The notes under the pieces were generated by a model. The model was not told the DNA's origin, searched no databases, and was given only the letters and a program-made list of their open reading frames with translations. Shown piece after piece: positions 41,801-55,100 of a stretch of 64,000 bases of DNA (positions are counted from its first letter, which is position 1; every line of letters starts with the position of its first letter). The stretch is from Trichoplax sp. H2. Taxonomy: Eukaryota. The translations under genes were made by a program, and so were the position numbers. The DNA lies in NCBI GenBank assembly GCA_003344405.1, contig NOWV01000152.1, positions 62,001-126,000 on the forward strand. The letters are read 5' to 3'.

Positions 41801-44800
41801 TCAGATACTACCATGTTTTGATAGTGACGCAAGTAATAAGATGAAAATGTAAATATTCATAATATTAACATTTCCCTGGGATATATACTGTATTCATTGT
41901 ACAGTCTACAATAATTACTATCGAATCAAAACACGTTTATTATCTATATGATACTGTAGTAAGAAAATTAAAATAATTTCTTAAAGGGTATACTCGATTT
42001 TAAACATATCTTGCCGCCCTACAGAACAAACAACATCGATAAATTGATCTAGTTAGAGTAATGGATATCTATTTTAACGTTTGTTTATAAATCTCAGTGC
42101 CATTTTAAAAACCATCTTCTCATTATAACGATTGCATTTGGCAGTAATTTAGATTAATATCGTGTTGAACTACACTATTCTAGCAATAGATCAAGTTATT
42201 AGCAAATCGGTGGATATTAAATATCATTCCCTTCAAGCACAAATTTGAAAACAAATCCAGACACTTTGTAAAAAACGTGCTTACCAACAACAATGATTTT
42301 AGGATCATGGCTTTTACGTTGTATTTTTACGATTGTGAGAAATGATGCGGGCCCAGTAAATGGAGACTTAAATATAGTAGGGAACAACCTAAGGTATATC
42401 ATCCGAAAGTTACGCCTACTATTGAACTATAGAATGTCCACTATTAGTTTTATATTGAATTGAAAACAATAGTTTGTCCTATTTTATAATTAGAATGCAA
42501 AATTAATATTGCTGTCTCATCATGGGGGTACTCTGCAGTCTACACTATAGAGTGGACAGTCATTAGGATTGCATCATGTAATCATATTACTAATGTATCA
42601 AGCTTAAATAGCTATTTTTAATAGTTCAAACTAGTTTAAATTTGAAAACAGTATCAACAATCGTAGAATATAGAATATTTCTTAAATATTTTATAGGAAG
42701 GATTATTGACAGGCTATGCATATTCTAAGCTACAATGGAATGCAAAGTGCATGGAATAATGGATTAAAATAACATTGAATAAATAGGAAAGACTAGACAA
42801 TATTTCTCAGTTGGAGTAATTAGCTATCAAGACCTTTTACCTTTCTTTTACATACTACACTATTTTACCATACATATAGTGTTGGCTGCAGTAAAAAATT
42901 TTGCTTTAAACACAGCCAACAGAGCTAGGAATATGAGAGTACATAATCTGGAAACTTATAGTGACGTGAACAAACTTTCATCAAGACAGCCTATGATGTT
43001 GCAATTTTCAAGAGTACTTGATACATAAACTTATACCGATTTGTAGAAACCTTTTATTTTTTGACGCATCATGCTCCAGTAGAGTCTATGTATAGGATAA
43101 TTTCATTTTCTTATCCTCACATTTGGATTACAAAGCGATTAAATTTCTTTATATTGCATTATTAAACTTAATGGTGGATCTTACAGCTATAGACGGATTC
43201 TAATGTTTCATTAGCCTTAAATGGACGAAAAATAACAATAGTATGTCCATAATTTTGAATGGGATGGCTGGCTAATCAATAACGCAACGAGCATTATAAT
43301 TCTTAGAGCAATTTTAAGTGTCCACCAAGAATTTCTATTCAAATAGTCTAGCTTTTTTGTTTCCGTGCTACTATGATCATAGAAATGTGCGTCAATTGCT
43401 AGATCTTTTTTCCAATATTAAACCGACATTAAACAATAACGGGTTACTACCTTAGCACTATGGCTGCCGCTATCATTATTATTCTACATTGTTAACTGGC
43501 GTACCCGCTAATGTACCTTCTCCATTACTACTTGATCTTGTCATCATCATTACAATTAGTACCTCTTAATCAAAGTCGGCTTTTCGAACTTATTGTGCTA
43601 TCTCTTATCATCTTACTAGTAAATGGAAGTGTTTTAATTTTTCGCGATTACTTACCTTATTATCGTTCTTAGTCAATACTATCTCAAATTTGATATATAA
43701 TTTGTATTGTGGCTGGCTAGTATTCTACTACTTTATAGTCTCTTTTGCTTTACTTCTTTAATTAATCGTCGTTTTTTTAAACCGCTCGCCTTTTGTTCGG
43801 CTAGTAGGTTATTGATTTTTTTTTTAGACTGCTGATCTATGCACTTGGATGTTTGAAGAATGGACTAAAGATACTTGTAAAGCTGACCTAGATTAGAGAT
43901 ATCTACAGAGTAACAGTTTGCTCTTGCACGAGAATTATTTCCAAAGCAGTTCATGTATAACGAATGATATAAATCACACAAGATCAATAAATGATTTACT
44001 GAGTTACCTATGCAAGCAAAGAAACAATAAAGGTCGATCTTTAATTTAATAGCGACCGAATAATTTCTATTTGAAGATTTTTGTCAACAGTAGCACCAAC
44101 GTATTTTACAAATCTTTCATTAGAGTTACCGATAGGCGTGGAAGGTAAAGCAATCAAGACGACTACCCTACACAAACCACTATCCAATGAAATGTATGCA
44201 TACAATAGCAACTATGCAACTATAATGAATAAGTTCACGCATTCCATCGTAATTGATTTAATTATGATTATCAGTTCGTAGAGGGTGAGGAATACTTTGG
44301 TGAACAGTTTGATCTAATGCAACTAGATTGGACGAATAATCATATTAAGAGGGTATGAGTCATGCTTTTCCGCAATAAAAAGCCAATGAACTACTGACAA
44401 GGTCGAGATGCTCTGTTCTAGTTAGATTCCTGGCAAAGGATAGAAATTCTACCCGTCAGATGATTACCATTGATAAATTAATTTAGTATTACTCACCCTT
44501 CATTCTTGACATAGCTGAATAATGAGGTAAATAACTAGCCATCGTACCGAATGGTACCGGCAGTTATTAACTCTATTTGAATAAGAATGCAACAGTTTCT
44601 GGCATTATTATAAAGTTTACCATGAAATACATGGATATCAACATGAATTTAGTACTATGGTTATGCCTACCCTCACTTATACAGTACATAACTTAGAATG
44701 GAAACGGGATATCTTCGTTCTTGACGGGCTTGGATGTCATTCCGGCTTACTGAAATGCTTTTAATTAAAAAGCATTGTCGTCCTTTTCTAGAGATTTATA

Positions 44801-46575
44801 CATGGTTGAATAAATTATCGGTAGCACTTTGACCAATATACGTATTTATGAGGTAATTTTTTATCTCCAAGAAATTTGCTATTAATTATTAAATAAGAGA
44901 TGGTCAATGCAGTGGCTACTACATGCAAACGCCTGTTAGGAATCATCTGAAGAGTAAGAGTGAAAAATTTCAGAATAGTTATCGCGAGGATTTCGTATTT
45001 TCGATGTTGTATCAATAGATAAATTTTACCGCCACCATATCTTGTAATTTCATGGAATACTCTGAGACAAAAAATAGCAAGGGACGATAAACAATCTAGT
45101 TCCACTCATAAAAACTTAACAGGAATTAAATTTAAATATTCTGATAGCCAATACTTCGGAAAAGTAGACTGTTCCATATCATTTATTTTCAATTTTAGTA
45201 TATTAAAAATGTCAGTAGTGGGAACTAGAGTCGTACTTCTGTGAAAAGTCATTATTGATTGTAAGCTCAGGATGAAACTGGAGAGCGGGAAAGTGGGCGT
45301 TTATGTTTAAACTCTTTACTGTCGAGTAAATGCAGATATAAAACGTTGGATATTATAGAATCAACCACTTTTAATATACTGTACAATACAAAGGGATGCA
45401 ATAGGCTAGGGTATAGATCTTGCTTATGATAGAGTTCAACACATTCAGAGTTTTTCTCTATAATTTTTCGTCATAATGGCGACAGTACACTGTATTTAGT
45501 TAGGGAGAAAAATTGAGAAATTAATCACTTCTATAGGCAGTGGAGTGCTTAATCATTGCACATACAGTAAGTGTTCAACTTGATAATGCATAGTTATGAT
45601 ATTCTAATTGCATTACAAAGTATACGAACCGGAGATTATTATCTGTCCCAGAATTTCTGCAGTTGGTAATCGGTGTAGATCAATTGTTAGGCACAGGTTT
45701 GAGATTATTCTGAAGAAAGACCCATGCTACATGCTAAATTATTTCTTAATCTGTAAAGCAAAAGTGCACCACGGTTACAAACACTAATTGTACACCGGAT
45801 AGAAATACGGCGGCGGAAATCAGGCCCATTAAGTAAGATTTAAGACTTTAATATGTACTAGAGCAATTGCAAGTGCTATCCAAACACTGATTGATCTATT
45901 TATCAAGCGAAAGAGCTAGAAAAAAAATTGCAAAGGTACAGGACATCAAAGGTAGAAGTAACCATCATTTATTTCGGGATAGACTCTACTGAACAGAATT
46001 GGAACGCTAACTTAATGATGAGCTACGATCGGTAAACTGTACAGGGTATGATTCGGTAAGGATGATCGTAGAAATATCTTCCTTTCTACAAATGTAACAC
46101 TAAACCCCTATTTCCTACGCATGTAGTAATTAATTTCTTCTTTTTCGTCGCATAGAACAGTATACCATAGATGAGAATTACGGTGGTTCTATTTGGGTAG
46201 ATGTTTTAATTTGATGATGTAGGCAAGCCGTAACGTCTAAAAATTTTTATTTATTGTCTGTATCTTACTATCACATAAAATTTATTTTTCATGAATAATT
46301 TTCTTCTTCATCAAAGTGTATAATAAGTAAACATGAGAGTTTACGGAGCAGCGGTTGTGTCCACCTGCTAATAATTACCATCATCTTTACGGGCCATCGC
46401 TAGCTGTAGTAGATAATTGTTATGGGACTTCATATTCCATTCTATTTTTACTTATCGGCTTCATGTAGAGACGACCGTATTTTGCAACAATCTTAGACAA
46501 AAATTATTTCAATGTTGATCTTATAAATAATTAATCAATCCAAATCATTTGGTAGCTGAAAAAGAAAACCAACAC

Positions 46576-46681
46576 GATATATTCCTTGTCCTCAAGACAT
46601 TATTAAAGAAAACAATTTTAAATATAGTAACATACTTGCATGATATATTCCTTGGTCCAAGACATTATTAAGAAAACAATT
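46576..46681. repeat. Direct repeat of about 40 bp, 66-bp period
   Basis: gatatattccttgtcctcaagacattattaaagaaaacaatt (46576) and gatatattccttggtccaagacattattaagaaaacaatt (46642). Confidence 0.85.
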
Positions 46682-49600
46682 ATTAGCATCTCTTTAGCTT
46701 GCATTACTAGAGTAACTGTTTTCTTGGAAATTCAAAGTGTAAGGCATCGAGCATAGTTATAAAATGGATAATCGCAGTTGGTAGTAAGACTAGACCATAA
46801 ACAAATGGAGAAATAAGCTTTGTGTTGAATAATATAATTTGATCAGCAATAGTATATAAAGATTTTAATAGTAGCAGTAGTTGTGCATCTATGCGTAGAT
46901 AACATAATTTTTTTCAATGACAATAATCGATAGTTAGATAGCTAAGTTTATTTATATAATTTACACACAAAAACATCAACATAATTAAAAATACAGTATT
47001 TGCTGATATCTGTATGTTTTAATTACCGTACTGTAGATATTTCAAGCACTTGCACGAGTAGATTTTAATTCAGTGTCAGATATGATGACTCCTAAGATTT
47101 GTTGTTCGCCATTGATTTTAATACGTAATAAAATTTTGCTATAGTGGAAAAACTGGGCAATCGGTGTATTGTGAGATGGTGTCACTAGCGAAGGATCTCA
47201 GTTACTTTCCAGTTTATTGGATTAAGGTGCACCTATTAAATTTTAATTTTAATAGCATAGGTCACGGTTCGAGCTGATTGATCGATTGAGTTAGTTAAAT
47301 TTTTCCAGTTCCATCTCTGCACCAAGGAACTTTAATTTAAAGTATGAGTTCCAAATCTTTAAGAAATCTAAACAAATGTTAGGCTCTTACTTATATAAAG
47401 TTATAAAAGTACATTCGTATCAAGTAAATCGCATATGAATTTCCGTATTTTGAAATGCGGGTAGGGTTACTGCGACGCTACACTCTTCGAAGTCTCTTGT
47501 CATTATACAATCAATGGTTTATGTATAAATTTCCAACTCATAAATTTTTGCCGGATTTTCAAGTAATAGAGTGACATGCGATGATATTTCTTTGTCTCCG
47601 TAAAGATGAAGACAGTTATAGAATACCAGTATATCATTTGACAATGATCTTAGCCCGTTATATGTATAGCTGACAAAACTATTAAGAAATATAAACCCTT
47701 CAGTCATTTAAGTCTTACATTATGGATGTTATTTCTGTTTCCTATATTGATAACGACGTTAAGCTCACGAGAGACTGTTGTTATCTTCAATTAGGATTAT
47801 TATAATGCCATATACTGTATAATACAGTATTTGCTGTAATAGACGGTGCATATTTTTAGATTAATATAACATAAATTTGCTGCATATGGTCAGGATAAAT
47901 AAGTAATTGGCAGAATTCTTACGACAGTTCTCTCTCTTCAGTAGCTATCACATAAATGCAAACGAAATTTACATTTTCTGAGCACCTAGTAATAAAATTA
48001 TGATGCAGCCCTAATGATTTAATACTACCTTTTTCATTAATAAGTGAAACACTGTAAACACTTTACTGCTACTACGATAACAATTCAAGTTTTACGTCAT
48101 TTAAGGTGGTCTTTGATCTTTGACGGTCCATACTTAATAGTATAGCGAAAGATCCTATTAATCACCAGCTACCGGTACTGCTCACTAGCACTTTATCCAG
48201 CATAATCTTCTATGTACAAGTATATTCAAATCTCATTAGGTTATAATTTCGCAAATAACTAAGTAATAAGCATTGACAAAAATGAAAAGTAGCAACAGTT
48301 AAGGTTGCTTTTCACTTTAAGAGAGTTTTAAATTTATCGCGAGCGGCGATTATGAACTGTGAGGCATATTGAATAATTACTACACGTATATTCAATGGCG
48401 CTATCGTTATTACCATTTCTTGCATCCCTTACTTAGATCACACATTTTAGATTCCGTTTTCTGCCGATACTTAACTAGGAAAGCAATCGGTTGCTATAAT
48501 ACTAGGATGCTGATCACATATTTTGCACTCCCGGCATCTTATGAAATATGAAGTTCTCATCTAAGGTAATCTTAATCTTAATCCATGGGAAAAATTATCC
48601 AATCCGTAATTCCTACTGTATATTTTGAGTCCAATTTTGACCTTCATAGGTTTGTTAATTACCGCTTACTGTTATGTTTATTTTGTTGCTTTTGACAGTA
48701 TTTTATTTTATGTTAGATACAAAATCGTAAAAATAAGTCACTTGTAATATTTTTTTCCTTTTCGGTCTTACATTCATAGTACCGGGTATAGGAAAAGGAT
48801 ATTAAACTTTCTAAATTGGATAAGCCGCACACATGCAATCAGCTAGAATTGTTCTGTTCTATTTGAATTATTGAAAGCTATTCATTAATTATAAAGACCT
48901 AGTATACCATTACTAAATGGTAGATCATCTTATTAAGTCAAGAATGATGCTATACCTCATTTTGTAATACTAGTGTTAAATAACTGTTTATTTTGTATCT
49001 TTAGTTTATAATATCCGCAGTATAGGAATTTCATGATAAAACTTTCGCTAATTAATTAGTGTTATATGAGAATCAGTAAATATCAATGAGAAGAGACACA
49101 CAGAATTTACTTATTCAATTGTCCATTTATTTAATTCGAAATACAATTACACGTACGCACTTCAATGGTTACACCACTGACCACTGAGTCAGTCATCGAA
49201 ATGGCAGGAGTTACAGTTGTCACATCAATTCTGCATAGAGTTCTATCATTAAAATTAATTAAAGTGTGTATGAAATACAATAAGAGCCTACAAGGCTGTA
49301 CGTTATGGAGATTTCAGTCGCACAATACCAATATGAGTGCTGCTTGAATAATTAAGTAATTTTCAATACACCTATATTCCTCATAGTTTCGCTGAAAGTG
49401 GTTATCATAGTAGCGATACCTGCATTATTTATTCGCTATACACGTATATAAACATATATAATTATATAAGAAGTGTTTTTTCCTGTAATACTTTCAATTT
49501 ATACAGTATATCACTACAAGTAGAATGCATTTGACCTGCATATAATTTAGGTCAAAATTGCTGCTAACATTGTGCAAGATAAAGGCTACAGATATAATTT

Positions 49601-49740
49601 TCCACGTATTATTCTACTTTTAGCTACTATATTTCCGGTATTGTCAGCATAACTTCTTTTTTACAAGTTGTGACTATTACTGTACGATATAAGTGAAAGT
49701 AATTTAAGATTATAGTATCAATTTGAGTATTTTTAGCATA

Positions 49741-50506
49741 TTACGGGCATGAACAGTTATCTGGAACGAGTATGGATAATGTTACTTTTTTGTCCGTTGA
49801 CGGCCAGGTACTCTCTGGTGCATTATATTCAAATTCTATTCGCTTTTTTTTATTCGAGCTTTCACACGCTTTAATTTCTTTTGGCGAACAGGCTTTGTAA
49901 CTACACTTTGCATATAAATGTCCAAGTGGGCGGCCGTACCCGTAACTGGCTGATATCCATGGAGCCGGGAAGAATTTTCGTTCTTGCTCGACATGGCAAG
50001 GTGGATCGAATTCATTAATTTTTGGTGATCTTTTAACAAAGGCTGATCTATCGTTGGACTCTTTCGTGTTATTACCTTCATTCAAATCGGACGAATTAAA
50101 TTTATTCTCCTTGGCTACTGCTTTTGAATAGTCAGCCGGCCACGCACTACCGTATGGTAGAACGACTAAAATAATCACAATAAATGCAATTGCCGACAAT
50201 TTTGAAATGATCGAGTGTACCTAAGTTTTAAAGATAGAATAAATCCGTCAGTATAAAACTTATTGATTTAATTTATTTTTAAGCTAGCAATCAGTTCTAC
50301 TCGACGTAGACCAATAACTAAAAATTGTAATTGTTCTAATCACTTGAATATAACGTTAATAACTAACTTCTCATAAATGACTATTATACCGACAATTACA
50401 ATTATCATTGTATTTGATTAAGATTTAGTACCGCCGTATCCACTAGAACAAGTTAAATAATTAAACTATTAGAAAAAATGATTAATTTATTAGTGAGTCT
50501 TACCAT
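49741..50506 (-). CDS. Secreted 6-Cys prepro-protein, copy B (cystine-knot cytokine-like, IL-17-like motifs), 160 aa
   Basis: ATG-only exon 50506-50504 (ATG|gtaaga) plus exon 50220-49741 (cttag|gta, ends TAA). Signal peptide MVHSIISKLSAIAFIVIILVVLPYGSA, dibasic KR site, mature part PPC...PAPW...LYAKCSYKAC...KAC...ILVPDNCSCP. Confidence 0.85.
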
Positions 50507-50655
50507 TTTACTGCTTGATGGAAATGATGAATTGATTAAAACCGGCTTGAGATATTGCAAATTTAATTTATCCAAATGGAGGACAACCTTATTAGTTTTG
50601 CTGTTTTGCTCAGGAGCTAGTGCTGGATAGCTTAAAATTAGAAAAAAAATTCTGG

Positions 50656-50663
50656 CTTATATA
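50656..50663 (-). promoter_or_regulatory. TATA box of secreted Cys-rich gene B
   Basis: TATATAAG on the minus strand about 150 nt upstream of the ATG exon. Confidence 0.45.
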
Positions 50664-52032
50664 GCCTGCTGAATAACTATTTGATGCATACATGCAGCGA
50701 CGGTTATCGTAATTAGGGAGAAATTTTGGTAGAGAATGTTGGATTATTTATTGATCTAAAAAAAATAAACATTGCTAAAATAGAACTCATCGGTAGCAAT
50801 GATTTCATTGAGGATAGCTTAAACTTGAATTTATTGACTGTCTAAGTATGACTCATTATTAATTTATCAAAGAATAAACCGTAATACAATACTGAGATAT
50901 TGCAGTACTCAGTTAATCATTATTAAATACGTAGCTTAGATCCCATTGAGTACCAATACAGTATGTTTTAGGTAGAAATAGAGGATTTATCATATTTGTA
51001 CTTCCCACTGATAGTAGCGTTGCCCCCCGTCTTCCTGAAAGACGCCATTGGTAGTGTATGTGATACGTCTACCTATATTGCTATACAGTTGTACTTGTAT
51101 GATTAGGAGGGAAAATGCAAATTCCAACAGAACTTTACAGTACATGAATGTAGTTATTTACAGAATTTTCTTAAATCATTATATGCCCTAAATCAAAGAT
51201 TGTATGGTATTTATTCCTGTTTTACTATTCTCTTGGAGTCAAAATTCTAAATCGCTCAAACACCATTGCTACTGATCTTGTTCATACTTGCCAAGATACG
51301 TCAATATCCTAAATATAACTAGATTTACCCATCTAATTATGCTTTACTACTACACAAAATTGATGACTATTGTACGTATAAGTTACACTTTTACAGTCGT
51401 GTGATAAATAGATAATTACTACAGAACATCCATTTCACGGCACTTTGATAGTTAATGCATTATTAATATTATAGCAGGTCTATAAATACCTCAAAGTTCA
51501 AAAACCTGTAGTACCCGATTTAATCGGTGTAGTCATTTATAGTGACAGTCTGACGTAATGAGATTGGTTGGTATTGACTTATTGTTAATTGATCAGTTTA
51601 TATAGAATCTTCAATGCCGTTTAAGCTCTTTTATTAATTTCTACGTATTCGCATTCAAATTATATCATTACATAAATTTCATCATGTTGTATCGAAAGTT
51701 TCAATTAGGCGGACGTCATTGTTTAGTAATTCTAAGAGAAAGGTGTTGCTTAATATTACAACACAGCAAAACCTTTTTGCATATATACTACAGTGATACG
51801 ATAACTATTAATAATCTATCTATATATAGATATCGTGAATACACTTAACAACTACCTATCCAGCTGATTACGTACAGATGCAATTTTACTTCCTAAATTT
51901 TAAGAGCTAATCGTAAATGCAACCCTTTAAAACGTTAGAGTATTATAATATTTTGTGTCGTGGCATCCAAATCGGTTTAATTAATTACACCAAGATTTAG
52001 TAAAAATTTATCAATTGTGTTTGGATGGTAAA

Positions 52033-52049
52033 TATATATATATATATAT
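52033..52049. repeat. (AT)n microsatellite
   Basis: tatatatatatatatat. Confidence 0.85.
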
Positions 52050-52160
52050 CTGTCTTAATTTGAGATTATATTTCAGTATTAGCATAGATTTTTGTTAAAG
52101 TATATATACAGTACAATTAATTTCAGGGATGCATTCTTAGTTTTCATTTACATTGACCTT

Positions 52161-55100
52161 TTAAAGTACATTCATTAGTAGCGTGGCTAAAATCACGCTC
52201 GTCGTAAGCAAGATACTCCGTGATGATCTAGTTGCCCCGTTAATCTCGGTAGACTCCAATGGAGCAGCGGTTGCTCTTACAATTTTTTTTGTGACACTTG
52301 ATGATGCTGATGTAGTTTCTACATGTGGGGCTTTAGAAGTAGTGGCTTCGGCTGATGCTAATGATAATTGATATTTCAAATAAATTGTAAGGTTAAGAAC
52401 TTAACATAAATTCTATTCGTAGTTAGAAATAAATAGATAATTACTACAGAACAGTCCATGCTGTACACGGCGTGAAATATTAGCTTTGAACAGATAGCAT
52501 TGAATGCATTATGTAATAGTTGTTAACTTACTTGAACATGAATGCGTATTGCATCGATATTGGCGAATTGATGGGCCTTGACATCCAGCTCCATCACCTT
52601 GTGGTGCGGGATTAGTACACGTTCTTGTCGAAATAGTGACACCACCGCCACATGGAGCACTACAAGAAGTGTTCTGCCACTTGGTCCATTGACCATCCGC
52701 GCCACCTAATTGCACGATTGAATTAAAGATTTTGTTCGAAAATTGAGAATGAGGTATAATAAAGTGATACGAGCATACAAGTGCTATACAGTCAATGATA
52801 GAGCAAATAATAAAGCACATTTTATTTTTACTTTTAAATACTAATTCTAACCTTTATGGCAGAGGTAATTCATCTTGCTGTCACACGTTTCACTCACTAA
52901 TTTCCAATGTGAAAGAAATAGTGAGACGCATTTTCCTGCTCCTTTTCCAATCGTTGCAACGGAGACCCACGACGGGCTACTCAATGTAAAATTTTGTCCA
53001 TTTAACCATTTGTAGTCATTATAACTTCCAGCCCCATTGCCCTGTGCTGCCTGCATGCCGATCCAAGCTAAAGCTGACATTTTGTGATAAATTTTTCTGA
53101 CCATGGCTGCTATATCTGGACTTACTATCTGTAGTAGGGTTCCGTTCGAGACTGCACAAGAGACTTTCGCATCGTTCCATTCAATGTGGCTGTTGTTAAA
53201 CAGGCGAAAGCATTCAGTTCTTTGTCCATTCTGGTGTAAAGTCCAACCGCTTGGACACGTATATCCATGGCTGATGCCTATAATTATTTGTTTATAAATT
53301 GAATATTTGTCAGTTGTCATTAGAGGAAAATTGGAGACGAGACACAAAAATCAGTCCATTCTATCATCCGCTTTTGACATTATAGTAATTTGAATTACTT
53401 TCAAAAAGAAGTACTTGCTCGAGTACGTTGTATATCGCATGAAAATAGCTAAGATTCCTTTATACAGTAGTTAGTCAAAGTCAACATCACTAAGAGCTTT
53501 TCGATCAAGTTCAATAGACGGACCGATGTTTTTCATACTATTGGACTTGATCCGAGTTTTTTTTGGATACTATTTCAATTTTAATAGTAATTTCTGTCGT
53601 TGACTATACCAGATTTGGATTGACAGTAGTAGTTAGCACAGCATACACTAGCCGTAAAGTATTACTCTAGTTTACGGCAATGTCTTACTGCATCTGGTAG
53701 ATGGCAGATTAATAGATGGAAAAAAGGCGCGGCTTTATCAAAGTTATCAAAGTTATTCCAATTCACAATAGTACAGTACTGTACTACTAGGATGGCTAAT
53801 TCAGTGAAACACGTCAATACGAAATAGGGCAATCCGATCCTTATTTCAAGTGTCAATATTCACAACGACTACAGTAATGGTAGAAGCACTCTCTTCTTTT
53901 AATAGCAATCCAGTAAGACTCACCTATTTGATTGATGAAGAGTACGGAAAAAAATGCCTGAATAAAAAAGGAAATAATGCAAGAGAATAGGATTAGTTTT
54001 AAAATCACGTGCAAACTTCTTCATTTTAAACTTGCGTAAAAAAGTACAATATACTATTCAACTATATTGTCCACTTTTACGCTAAACCGGTAGAATGCTA
54101 TAGTTAGTATGATAATACAATTAGAATGGATGCATTGTAGTACGATGATATTTTTAGGAACTAAGTCATTTATTATTGCAATTGATTGGAATAGCATCGA
54201 TCTGTATCCCGCTGCCAAGATGAATTTGTGGTACAGGATGTTGTAAAGTAAATAGAAGGGTCTGCAGTTATTTATAGAATTGTTGTATAATGGATTTACT
54301 GGATGCTATTCAATGCTCAAATAAATATAGTTATCCAAAATTGCTCATCATTGTTACCATGGCTATTTTATTTCACTCCAGTTTGAAAAATATAATGAAA
54401 AGTGAACTAATTTATCACGGTTTTCTATCCAAAGGGCACTATGCCAACATGTACTGAAAGTGAGAAAAAGCAATCGCTACCATCTTTGAGTGAAGTGAAA
54501 CTATTTTTATTGCCCACTTGGCTACCGCTCGATCCAAGTCATTTAATATTACCGTACAGTATCAAGATGATTGCATGACGTCAGATATCAGGAAGTTTTT
54601 AATGTTTAAATATGCGCCACATTTTACTACTCCAACTTCCGACTTGTAACATTCCAACAAATCTTTGTCACCGATAATACTATTGAAGTTAGCGAAGAAA
54701 AGATAATTTTAAAATTTTATTTCATTTTGGATAGGGTTGTTGGGTAGTGTTGATGAAAGTGGAATGTACTCTTGGTAGGCGCTATTTTGATGCAATGAAT
54801 TTCTGTCAGTAACATTATGGATGATACAGCACCATGATTTGTTGCATCTTGATAAACTACCATCAATCTCTTTTACACCATCATCGCCTAAGAAATGTAT
54901 TTTACAACAAGTAAAATAAAATTGACACAGTAGAAATAGGAGGTGGTCAACGGCTCCATCTATTGCGATTTTACCGCTTGAGTTGATGCTCACTTGTAGA
55001 CAATCGTCTGATATTGAGTGATTCAACAATCATTCTACAGTATAGAACCCTTGGACTCATTTTCATGTCAACCAATGACTGTAGAACTGCACAAAATACG

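Noticed and set aside
43770-44512. Small spliced minus-strand gene (ATG...AAGG|gtgagt and downstream mini-exons)
   Set aside because: Every phase combination I tried ends in a stop within about 36 codons, with no recognisable protein.
17374-53297. Shadow ORFs (17374-17571, 23830-24030, 24813-25049, 36296-36547, 49836-50081, 52183-52371, 52523-52705, 53103-53297)
   Set aside because: They are antisense or alternative-frame shadows of real exons of RPS24, CARD-TIR, the lectins and the secreted gene.
54080-54276. Alternative first exon of lectin B (TATAAA at about 54271, ATG at 54197, MLFQSIAII...)
   Set aside because: Only weak donors are available and the resulting signal peptide is poor. 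The exon at 56643-56623 has a consensus gtaagc donor and gives a clean signal peptide. An alternative promoter cannot be excluded.
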